NCBI GenBank assembly: GCA_016871515.1
Contig: VHDE01000008.1
Span: 16,829 to 80,828 of the forward strand
Origin: Verrucomicrobiota bacterium
GTDB taxonomy: Bacteria; Verrucomicrobiota; Verrucomicrobiia; Limisphaerales; SIBE01
DNA length: 64,000 nt
Direction: 5' to 3'
Each line of letters opens with the position of its first letter. Within the stretch, counting starts at the first letter, position 1. The notes beneath the pieces were generated by a model, which worked only from the letters and a program-made list of their open reading frames with translations, was not told the DNA's origin and searched no databases. The translations under genes and the position numbers were made by a program. Of this stretch, positions 1 to 8,591 are shown piece by piece.

Positions 1-2053
1 CGGCGACGACCTTTTGTTCCATTTCGCGCGGCATCTCTTCGTAGTGGCTGAAGTCCTCGGTATGAATGCCCCGCCCGCCGGTGAGGGACCGAAGGATCGT
101 CGAATAATGGTAAAGTTCCATCTGCGGGACTTGGGCTTTGAGAATTTGAAAACCGTCCGCCGAATCCATGCCGAGAATCTTGCCGCGCCGGCTCGACAGG
201 TCACCCATCACGTTGCCCATGCATTCTTCGGGCACCTGAACTTCGATGGTGTAAATGGGCTCGAGCAACGTCGGCTTGGCTTTTAAGAATGCTTCCTTGA
301 AAGCCTGTTTGCCGGCGATTTGGAACGCGATGTCTTTCGAGTCTACGGGATGCATCTTGCCATCGTAAAAATCGATCTTCACATCAACGACGCGGTAACC
401 CGCGACCACGCCTTCTGCGCACGCCGATTTGACGCCTTTCTCGACTGACGGCACAAAAACGCGATCCACGTTCTGCCCGGCTAACGTTTCGGTGAATTCC
501 ACGTCGGTGTTGCGCGGTTTGGGTTCGATCCGCATCCACACTTCGGCGAACTGGCCGGCGCCGCCCGTTTGTTTCTTGTGGCGGTACTTCGAATCGGCCT
601 TGATCTTGATCGTTTCGCGGTAAGGAATTCTCGGAGCAACGAGATCGAACTCGACCTTGTAACGCCGCCGCAAGCGCTCGGAAATGACCTGCAGATGCAG
701 TTCGCCTTGCCCGGAAATGACGGTTTGGTGCAATTCCGAATCGACGTGGTACAGAAACGTCGGGTCTTCTTCGTGCAACATCGCCAGGCCTTGTGCGATC
801 TTGTCTTCCTCACCTTTGGATTTGAGTTTCAACGCGGCGTGAATGTTCGGTTTGGGGTAATTCACCTTCGGCAACGAGACGTTGCGCTTGTGATGACAAA
901 GGGTGTTGCCGGTGTGCGTATCTTTCAATTTGACGACCGCGCCGAGATCGCCCGCGTGCAGACTGCCGGCCGCTGTGCGGGTCCTGCCGTTGAGGATGTA
1001 AATCTGGCCGATCCGTTCGGTGTTGCTGCGTGAGCTGTTGTAAAGGTCCATCCCAACTTTGATCGAGCCTGAGTACAATCGGAAATAGGACAATTCGCCG
1101 AATTGCGCCTCGCTGATCGTTTTGAAAACATAGAGGACTGGGTCCGGATCGGTCAGAGAAACATCGACTTCCGTGCCGTTGACATCGACTGCTTTGACCT
1201 TCTGCCGGTCCACGGGCGAAGAACCGTACTTGGCGATGAAATCCATCAGACGGGCCACGCCGATGTTCGACTCGGCGGCCGTGCAGAAGAGAGGGATGAA
1301 GGCTTGTTTTTGCACAGCCGCGTGAATGCCCGACCGCATTTCTTCCTCTGACAAACCGCCTTGCTCGAAGAACTTCTCGAGCAACGTGTCGTCAGATTCG
1401 GCGATGTGCTCGATCAATTCCTGGTGCAGCTGTTTGACCTTTTCCTCCCAAGCGCCTGTCGCGGGAGCTTCCTGGTACTTCCCGGCGCCATCGGTTTGGT
1501 AAGTGACGATCTCGCTGCGCAACACATCGAGAACCTGATTGAACCCCGGCCCGGGGTTGACCGGCAAAGTCATGGGAAACACGCGGTCGCCAAACCGTTT
1601 CCGGGCTTGTTCCAAGACTCGATCAAAGCTCGCGTTCTCTTTATTGACCGCGTTAATGACGATCATCTTGGGCAGGCCGTATTGCGTGGCGTAATTCCAA
1701 ACCTTGTCCGTGCCGACTTCGACGCCGTGGTTGGCATGGATCACAACCAGCGCAAAGTCACCGACACGCAGCGCGCCCAGCCCTTCACTGATAAAGTCCA
1801 AGTATCCCGGCGTGTCGATGATGTTGAATTTCTTGCCCTGCCATTCGAGGTGCAACAATGACGCATGAATGGAAATCTGGCGTTCAGGTTCTCCTTCGTG
1901 ATAGTCAGAAACGGTCGTTCCATTAGTGATGATTCCCAACCGATTGATCACGCCCGCGCAGGCCAGCATCGACTCACTGAGCATGGTCTTGCCCGACGAA
2001 GCGTGGCCAACAATTGCAAAATTACGAATGTCTGCGGATTGATACTCTTTCAT
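1..2053 (-). CDS. Elongation factor G paralog (EF-G2/FusA2-like), 3' end runs off the window
   Basis: Manual translation from ATG at 2053: MKEYQSADIRNFAIVGHASSGKT...FNIIDTPGYLDF...GQGELHL...YRETI...KKQTGGAGQFA...LLEPI...GDLSSRRG. Absent from the ORF track because there is no stop inside the window. Confidence 0.93.
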   Translation of the reverse strand, partial: MKEYQSADIRNFAIVGHASSGKTMLSESMLACAGVINRLGIITNGTTVSDYHEGEPERQISIHASLLHLEWQGKKFNIIDTPGYLDFISEGLGALRVGDFALVVIHANHGVEVGTDKVWNYATQYGLPKMIVINAVNKENASFDRVLEQARKRFGDRVFPMTLPVNPGPGFNQVLDVLRSEIVTYQTDGAGKYQEAPATGAWEEKVKQLHQELIEHIAESDDTLLEKFFEQGGLSEEEMRSGIHAAVQKQAFIPLFCTAAESNIGVARLMDFIAKYGSSPVDRQKVKAVDVNGTEVDVSLTDPDPVLYVFKTISEAQFGELSYFRLYSGSIKVGMDLYNSSRSNTERIGQIYILNGRTRTAAGSLHAGDLGAVVKLKDTHTGNTLCHHKRNVSLPKVNYPKPNIHAALKLKSKGEEDKIAQGLAMLHEEDPTFLYHVDSELHQTVISGQGELHLQVISERLRRRYKVEFDLVAPRIPYRETIKIKADSKYRHKKQTGGAGQFAEVWMRIEPKPRNTDVEFTETLAGQNVDRVFVPSVEKGVKSACAEGVVAGYRVVDVKIDFYDGKMHPVDSKDIAFQIAGKQAFKEAFLKAKPTLLEPIYTIEVQVPEECMGNVMGDLSSRRGKILGMDSADGFQILKAQVPQMELYHYSTILRSLTGGRGIHTEDFSHYEEMPREMEQKVVA

Positions 2054-2188
2054 GACTTAAACTCCTAATAATACTGGGGTGGGTCATATTCTGGGCTAAG
2101 TGCCGTTAGGATGGCCAAGATTCCACTGAGAAGGGAAGAAGAAATTTCTGGATTTGCAAAGTTTTTTGAGGAAGAGAACCGTTCAGAG

Positions 2189-2490
2189 TCAGGGCCGGGA
2201 CGGTAGAACTTTCAGCCCCGCCAGGCTGGCCAGCGTGCGCGCGTCGAGATCAAAGCTGTAAAACTCCTCACACAGCAAAATACGAGCGGCGCCAGCATGC
2301 AATAGATACAGGGCGCGAAATCCTTTTGCCTCCGTGTGCGTTTCGCCGAGACGTTCAGTCTCGCGGAGCGCTTCTGTCCAATCCAAGGGTTGGTGCGCTA
2401 TGAAAACACCGTCCTGCAAATCGTTGTCATGATCGCGCAAGACTTGGAGTGCATCGTCGGTCGAAAGGTTGATTTCTCCACTTCGAAGAA
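2189..2490 (-). pseudogene. C-terminal half of a PIN-domain (VapC-like) toxin
   Basis: LDWTEALRETERLGETHT...FRALYLLHAGAARILLCEEFYSFD...LASLAGLKV resembles a VapC C-terminus. The N-terminal hhDT/S motif is absent and the expected Asp reads Tyr. Confidence 0.7.
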
Positions 2491-2712
2491 GGCGTTAATT
2501 TGATGAGAGGCAAATTGCTTCTTGCCAAAAATGGCTTTTTGCCGCGCTCTAAAGTCGGGGAGAGCACCGCGTCCTTTGCGGGCAGCTCGCCGAGGAGCCA
2601 GCTCGTGCTGCCGTCCATCCTGATAGCGGATGATGACGCCTCCGTCCCGCTCACAGGCCGCGAGCACTTCGGCTGTGCTGCGCGATAGTTCGCGAACATT
2701 AAAGGATTTCAT
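2398..2712 (-). CDS. Phd/YefM-like antitoxin; C-terminus probably replaced by out-of-frame toxin sequence
   Basis: MKSFNVRELSRSTAEVLAACERDGGVIIR...LPDFRARQKAIFG is a Phd-fold N-terminus located directly upstream of the PIN remnant. Confidence 0.7.
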   Translation of the reverse strand: MKSFNVRELSRSTAEVLAACERDGGVIIRYQDGRQHELAPRRAARKGRGALPDFRARQKAIFGKKQFASHQINAFFEVEKSTFRPTMHSKSCAIMTTICRTVFS

Positions 2713-2714
2713 TT

Positions 2715-2750
2715 GTCAGACACGCTGTCTGACTCTGCCTTATCTGTCAA
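2715..2750 (-). promoter_or_regulatory. TA promoter/operator: -35 TTGACA and perfect 8-bp inverted repeat over the -10 region; leaderless
   Basis: Plus strand GTCAGACA-CGC-TGTCTGAC at 2715-2733, 2 nt from the ATG. TGTCAA at 2745-2750 reads TTGACA on the minus strand. Confidence 0.7.
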
Positions 2751-2919
2751 TCTGTGCTCCCGAGGGCTTCTCGAGTTCTCGGTGATTCTGCGGCTGTTGC
2801 GCTGCCGAAAGACCGGTCGTAAATCAGGTCGAGATGACTGTGCAGGGCTGGTCTGATTCCTTGAATGTCCTGCGGACAGCAATGTGGGCGGTCCGATGGC
2901 AAAGCGGGCAGTCTCGAAA

Positions 2920-5900
2920 ATGACTTCGATCCAACATGACATCGCAGCCAAAGGCCGAGAGATCTTCGGCCGGATGAATGGCGAAACTCCCCGCTTGTTC
3001 AGCCATCGGAATATCACCGGTCGCTTGCTGGACTGGTCAACGCGCGACGAGCAACTCAAGGTGCAGTTGTTTCGCTTTGTCGATGTGTTGCCTTCATTGA
3101 AGTCATCCGCGGCAATTGCCGAACATGCCTGCCATTATCTTTTAGGCAACGGCGCCAAAGGCTTGCCTGCGGTGGTTCGTTGGGCGATTCGCGTCTCGCC
3201 CCGGTTTCCTTTCATAGCGGCTTTTGCGGCGCGGCAGAGCGTTGCTCAAATGGCCAGGACGTTCATCGTGGCGAGGAATGCTGATGAGGCCGTTCCTGCG
3301 CTGCGTAAGATGAGAAGGCAGCCTTTGGCTTTCACTGCGGACATTCCGGGCGAAACAACGGTGAGCGAAGCGGAAGCGGCAGCTTGCCACGATCGCTATC
3401 TCGAATCGATCGAACGCTTGGCCGAAGAGTCCAAAACCTGGCCGCCGGTCGAACAGATCGATTGCGATGATCGCGGCGAAATTCCGAAGGTTAACGTTTC
3501 CATCAAAATCTCCGCGCTTTACGCGCAGATTCACCCTGCCGACCCGGACCGGGCGCTGATGTGCCTTGCCGACCGCGTTCATCCATTGTTGCGACGCGCC
3601 AAGGAGCTCGGCGTGTTCATTAATCTCGACATGGAGAGCACTGCCCTCAAGGACCTCACTTTAGACCTTTTCAAAACGCTCCTCGACGAACCCGCGCTGC
3701 AGGATTACCCGCACGCTGGCATCGCGCTTCAAGCGTATCTTCGAAGTTCCGAACGTGATCTGGATACGCTGGTTCAATGGGCGGAACAACGCAACCGGCG
3801 CATCACCGTTCGGCTGATCAAGGGGGCCTGCTGGGACCACGAACGCGTCATGGCCCTGCAACGCGGATGGCCAGTGCCCGTATTCGAACGCAAGGCGGAA
3901 ACGGATGCCAATTACGAGCGGCTCGCGCGCCGCATGCCGGAGTGTTCGCGTTACATCGCGCCGGCGTTCGGCACGCACAGCGTTCGCAGCATCGCCAGTT
4001 GCTTGGTGCAAGCCGAGAAGCTTGGATTGCCGCAATCAGGCATTGAAATCCAAATGCTTCACGGGATGGCCGAACCGATCAAGCAAGCGCTCGTCAAGAT
4101 GGGTTATCGCGTCCGAAACTATTGTCCGATTGGCGAAATCCTGCCCGGCATGAGCTATTTGGTGCGCCGTCTCCTTGAAAACACCTCCAGCCAAGGTTTC
4201 CTGCGCGCCACGTTTTCCGAGCATGCCTCACTCGGGGAACTGCTTCGTGATCCCGCGACCACTGCATCTCGGCCGTTGATTGCGAAGAATAGCCAGGCGG
4301 ATCATACTCTGGCCAAGAGCGGCCAGGAATTCACGTTCGCCAATGGTTTGCCGCGGGAACGCCCGACCTCCGATACGATGCATTTTGCCAACGAGCCGCA
4401 CACCGACTTCACCGTCGCCTCGAACCGCGAGCGCATGGCAGCCGCGTTGGCCGCGGTTCGAACTCAATTGGGAAACAAATTCCCGCTCGTCATCGGTGGG
4501 AAAGCTGTCTGGACCACGGAACAGATCGTGTCGGTCAATCCGGCCCGTCCAAGCGAAGTTGTGGGTCGCGTGGCCAAAGCTGGGCAATCGGAAGCCGAAG
4601 CGGCTCTGGCTGCGGCGCGCCAAACCTGCGTCGGATGGGTCTCAACAAGCGTCGACGAACGCGCTCGTTTGCTCGAACGAACCGCCGGCTTAATCCGAGC
4701 AGAACGTTTCGACATCCCTGCGCTGGAAGTATTCGAAACGGGCAAGAGTTGGGTCGAAAGCGACGCCGACGTCGCCGAGGCGATCGATTTCTGCAATTTC
4801 TGCGCTCAGGAAATGCGGCGTATTGCCAGCCACACTTACAGAGTTCCGGGCGAAATAAATCTCCAGCATTACGTCCCGCGTGGGCTCGGTGTGGTGATTG
4901 CACCCTGGAATTTTCCGCTCGCGATTCTTTGCGGGATGACCGCGGCATCAGTCGTAGCGGGCAATTGCGTCATCGTGAAACCCTCCGAACAATCGTCGGT
5001 GATCGGCGCTCGATTCATGGACCTGCTCGTGCGGGCCGGCCTTCCTCCCGGCGTCGTCAATTTCCTGCCCGGGTCCGGTGCGAACATCGAAGCGTTCTTA
5101 GTCGAGCATCCGCAAATCGACTTCATTGCGTTTACCGCTTCGGGTGAAGTTGGCTTGAAAATCTACGAAGCCGCGGGAAGAACGCGGCCCGGCCAAAGGC
5201 AACTGCAGAAAGTTGTCTGTGAAATGGGAGGCAAGAACGCGGTCATTATCGACAGCGATGCCGATTTGGACGAGGCCATACCGGGAGTGATTTATTCAGC
5301 ATTTGGTTACCAGGAACAGAAATGCTCGGCTTTGTCGCGATTGATTGTTTTGCGGGAGAATTACGATCGCGCGCTCGACCGGTTGATCGAAGCTTGCCGC
5401 AGTTTGCAGATTGGGCCGCCGGAAGACCCCGGAACAATCGTCGGGCCGGTTATCGACCAAGAGGCTTTCGAGCGCATCAACCGCTCCATCGAAATAGGCA
5501 AGCAAGAGGCGGAATTAGCCTTTCAGGCTTCCGTGCGCTCGGGAGAAGGTTTTTTGTTCCTCCGACGATTTTCAAGAATGTCTCACCCAAGGCGCGCATC
5601 GCTCAGGAGGAAATCTTCGGGCCGGTTCTCTCTGTGCTGAAAGCCCGCGATCTGAACGAGGCCTTGGCCTGGGCGAATGACAGCGAATATGCGCTTACCG
5701 GAGGATTTTATTCACGCAATCCGGCCAACATCGAAAGCGTGAAACGTGAGATGCAAGTGGGCAATCTTTACATTAACCGCGGGATCACACGCGCATTGGT
5801 GGCGCGCCATCCTTTCGGCGGATTCAAGCTGTTCGGCGGCGGGACCAAAGCGGGCGGACGCGATTACTTGCAACACTGCCTGTTTCCCCGTGTCATTGCG

Positions 5901-5945
5901 GAAAATCAGATGCGCCGCGGGTTTGCTCCAGAAGAGAGTGAATGA
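2920..5945 (+). pseudogene. putA: Bifunctional proline dehydrogenase / P5C dehydrogenase, frameshifted
   Basis: QLFRFVDVLP, INLDME, YLVRRLLEN, IAPWNFP, EMGGKN, QKCSA, then EEIFGP and PFGG in a second frame. The frame switches at the T6 run 5550-5555 and many motifs carry substitutions. Confidence 0.85.
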
Positions 5946-5997
5946 ACACAAAGCACGCGAAGTTCGCGAAGATTCAACCACGGGTTTCGATGAAGTC

Positions 5998-6024
5998 GCA
6001 GGACAGGCGTCTCGCCTGTCCTGC
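5998..6024. repeat. REP-like perfect hairpin between convergent genes (possible terminator)
   Basis: GCAGGACAGGCG-TCT-CGCCTGTCCTGC; the same GACAGGC...GCCTGTC core occurs at 12367-12385. Confidence 0.7.
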
Positions 6025-6047
6025 CAATCAGCGGAGAAGTTATGCAC

Positions 6048-6689
6048 CTATGGTTCGGCGAGAATTTTAGCCCGTTGTTCGTGATATTCCTGCGGCGTGA
6101 CCTTGTCGGCTCTGTAATCGCGAAGCAAATTCACCAATCGTTCCTGTTTGGTTTTCGGGCCGGGCGGAGTTGTCTCCGGGGGCGCGGCGGCAGGAACTGT
6201 TTCATCCGTTTTTGGCTTCTTAGTTTCGGTCTTGGCCGGCGTCACCTTGGGTTTGCGTGTTGTTTTGGTTTCCTTTAACTCGGGCAGAGTCTCAGATGGC
6301 GCATCCGCCGTTTTTGCAGGGGTCGCTTCTGTGGGGGCGGAAGTTGAGGGCGGTGATTGTGAAGCGCGATCTTTTTCCATTGCGGCACGAAGAGCTTCCA
6401 AAGCCCGCTTCTGGTCCATCGTGTCTGCTTCAACTGGCGCAGGCGGCGGACTAGCCTTTTCCTCGGTTGCCTTTTCTTTGGCTTTTCCGGCAGGCGACTT
6501 TGGTGCAGCCGGTTCGACAGCGGGAACGGCTTTCGTGTCGGCGCCCGGAGTGGCTGCTCGCTCTTCAGCGAGTTTCTGCCTCAAGATTTGCAGCGCCCTT
6601 TGCTGTTGAGCTTCTGTCTCTTGTCCGGAAACCGTCACCAGGCCGATGCTGGCCGCGAAAATAATTGGAACAAACTTGGAGAATTGCAT
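6048..6689 (-). CDS. Secreted Pro/Ala/Lys/Thr-rich hypothetical protein with a short SHOCT-like C-terminal helical domain
   Basis: Signal peptide MQFSKFVPIIFAASIGLVTVSG, low-complexity linkers, C-terminus KQERLVNLLRDYRADKVTPQEYHEQRAKIL. Confidence 0.8.
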   Translation of the reverse strand: MQFSKFVPIIFAASIGLVTVSGQETEAQQQRALQILRQKLAEERAATPGADTKAVPAVEPAAPKSPAGKAKEKATEEKASPPPAPVEADTMDQKRALEALRAAMEKDRASQSPPSTSAPTEATPAKTADAPSETLPELKETKTTRKPKVTPAKTETKKPKTDETVPAAAPPETTPPGPKTKQERLVNLLRDYRADKVTPQEYHEQRAKILAEP

Positions 6690-6762
6690 GGCTTCATTTA
6701 CTCAAGATTCAGTCTGGAGGCAATCGGTTTTCCAGCCAACCGGGCATTAGGACAAAACAAAC

Positions 6763-6790
6763 AAAAAAGCGGGCATCTTGCGACGCCCGC
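6763..6790 (-). terminator. Rho-independent terminator
   Basis: Minus strand GCGGGCGUC-GCAA-GAUGCCCGC-UUUUUU. The GNRA loop and G-U pair only work on this strand. Confidence 0.85.
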
Positions 6791-6898
6791 CCCAACCCAA
6801 ACAACCAAACGTACCTCCTTTCCGCTAATGTAGTTGGCCGACCCTGCTTCAGGAGGGGGATGCCTCCCGCTCAAACCCAGAGAACCAAACAAACTACT
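6763..6898 (-). ncRNA. Candidate small regulatory RNA (~135 nt)
   Basis: Bounded by an ECF-type promoter and a strong terminator. Contains two copies of a GUUUGGUUNUNUGGGUU motif, each followed by a hairpin, and no convincing ORF. Confidence 0.6.
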
Positions 6899-6903
6899 CC
6901 AAT

Positions 6904-6931
6904 GAGACGATGGAGGGTACTTAAATGTTCA
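6904..6931 (-). promoter_or_regulatory. ECF sigma-type promoter
   Basis: Minus strand TGAAC-17 nt-CGTCTC fits the AAC (-35) / CGT (-10) ECF consensus. Confidence 0.55.
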
Positions 6932-7055
6932 AACTTTTTTCGAAAAAGTCGGCGCGGCTCTGCCGTAAATTCGCTCTATCGCAGGGTGAAAGCCCGCCAC
7001 GTGCGCCACGTACATTTCACATTCCGCATTTCCTAATTCTGGGTTAGAGTCTCTT

Positions 7056-8432
7056 ATGCGAATTGTAAATTTGAACCCGGCCAGCGACATCGGAGCGAGC
7101 GCTTGGTTCGTCGATATCGAAGGCCATCGTCTGTTGATGGACGCAGGCACGCACCCCAAGCACGAGGGCCGTGAAAGCTTGCCACTCTACGAATTAGTCA
7201 AGAATGAGTCGCTGGACGCCATCGCCATCACCCATTGCCATCACGACCACGTCGGCTCCTTGCCAGTAGCTCTGCGTTACTTCCCCAAAGCCCATGTCCT
7301 GATGAGCGAATTAAGCTATTTCCTCGTCGAACGCGTCCTCCACAATTCAGTGAATGTTATGATGCGCCAGCGCGACGAATTAGGTATTCGCGAATATCCT
7401 CTGTTCACGCATAACGAGGTGGACGAACTGGCTTACCTCTTTCAGGGCTACAAGTACAATCGCGAGGTCGCGTGGGCGTCCTTTCAGAAAACTCGCGCCG
7501 GTTTCCCGTCGCCGACCTTGGAATTCTTCGACGCCGGCCACGCTCTCGGTTCCGCGGGAGTGATGGTTCGCGGACAGAGACAAACGCTGTTCTATACCGG
7601 CGATGTCTGTTTTCAGGATCAAACTATTCTGAAAGGCGCGCGGTTCGAGGACATCAAAGCGGATGTGCTCATTATGGAAACGACGCGAGGCAATCGCCCA
7701 ATTCCGCCTGGCTTTACGCGCGAAGGCGAAGCGGAACGTCTCGCCCAGGCAATCCAGCGGGTCCTGGAACGGAATGGCTGTGTTCTTATTCCTGTGTTTG
7801 CTTTGGGTCGAACCCAGGAGATTCTGGCTCAGCTCGCATTGCTCATGAACGCCGGCAAAGTACGGAAGCAACCAATCTTTATCGGCGGTCTCGGGCGTGT
7901 TTTTACGGAGATTTACGACCTCGAAGCCCACCGGGCTCACCGGCAACACACCAATCTAATGCTGACCGAAGCGCTGAATCTCAGCGTGCTGGAAAAAGGC
8001 CAGGTTGAAAAAATGCGCCTGTCGGGTGGACGGATCTTTGTGCTGACTGCAGGAATGATGAGCGAAAAGACAGCTGCGCATGACTTGGCCCTCCGCATGA
8101 TCGGAGATGAACGCCAAGCGATCTTCTTCGTTGGCTACGCTGATCCGGACACACCCGGAGGCCGGCTCAAAGCGGCCAAGCCTGGGGAGACATTCTTGCT
8201 CAGCCCGAGCGGCGGTGAGGTCACCAAGCTCTGTGAAGTCCAGGATTTCGACCTGACTGCGCACGCCAATCGCGACGAATTGGTGAAGTTCGTCGGTGAA
8301 GTCGAGCCTCACACCGTGCTCTTAGGCCACGGCGACGAGGAGTCACGACTCTGGTTTCAGGAACAGATCCGAGTGCGGTATCCGAAGATCAAAGTCATCC
8401 AGCCGGCCCCAGGATTAAGGGTGGACGTGTGA
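7056..8432 (+). CDS. MBL-fold metallo-hydrolase, beta-CASP family nuclease (YSH1/CPSF-like)
   Basis: MDAG, THCHHDH, AGHALGS, YTGD, METT, PVFALGRTQE, VGY, AHA and GHG motifs. Confidence 0.9.
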   Translation: MRIVNLNPASDIGASAWFVDIEGHRLLMDAGTHPKHEGRESLPLYELVKNESLDAIAITHCHHDHVGSLPVALRYFPKAHVLMSELSYFLVERVLHNSVNVMMRQRDELGIREYPLFTHNEVDELAYLFQGYKYNREVAWASFQKTRAGFPSPTLEFFDAGHALGSAGVMVRGQRQTLFYTGDVCFQDQTILKGARFEDIKADVLIMETTRGNRPIPPGFTREGEAERLAQAIQRVLERNGCVLIPVFALGRTQEILAQLALLMNAGKVRKQPIFIGGLGRVFTEIYDLEAHRAHRQHTNLMLTEALNLSVLEKGQVEKMRLSGGRIFVLTAGMMSEKTAAHDLALRMIGDERQAIFFVGYADPDTPGGRLKAAKPGETFLLSPSGGEVTKLCEVQDFDLTAHANRDELVKFVGEVEPHTVLLGHGDEESRLWFQEQIRVRYPKIKVIQPAPGLRVDV

Positions 8433-8554
8433 CGCCAGCGGCTTCTCGTTACCCGCCTGGCAATTCAGCGAGAAGATTTCGAAAAGTAGTGTCTCGCCCT
8501 TGCTGGCTGGCAAACCTCGGCTTCGCCCGGAGGCCGCCCTGACGCGAGATCGCT

Positions 8555-8577
8555 CTTTGCGTCTTTGCGTCTTTGCG
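8555..8577. repeat. Tandem octamer (CTTTGCGT) x3
   Basis: CTTTGCGT-CTTTGCGT-CTTTGCG just upstream of addB. Confidence 0.75.
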
Positions 8578-8591
8578 ATTAAGAATCGGGT

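Noticed and set aside
5545-5560. Programmed frameshift or phase variation at the putA T-run
   Set aside because: The run is short (T6), and many independent motif substitutions indicate decay or error rather than regulated recoding.
6698-6892. 64-aa minus-strand ORF (or a UUG-started shorter version) across the sRNA candidate
   Set aside because: It reads through a strong intrinsic terminator and has no protein-like features; kept only as a side possibility.
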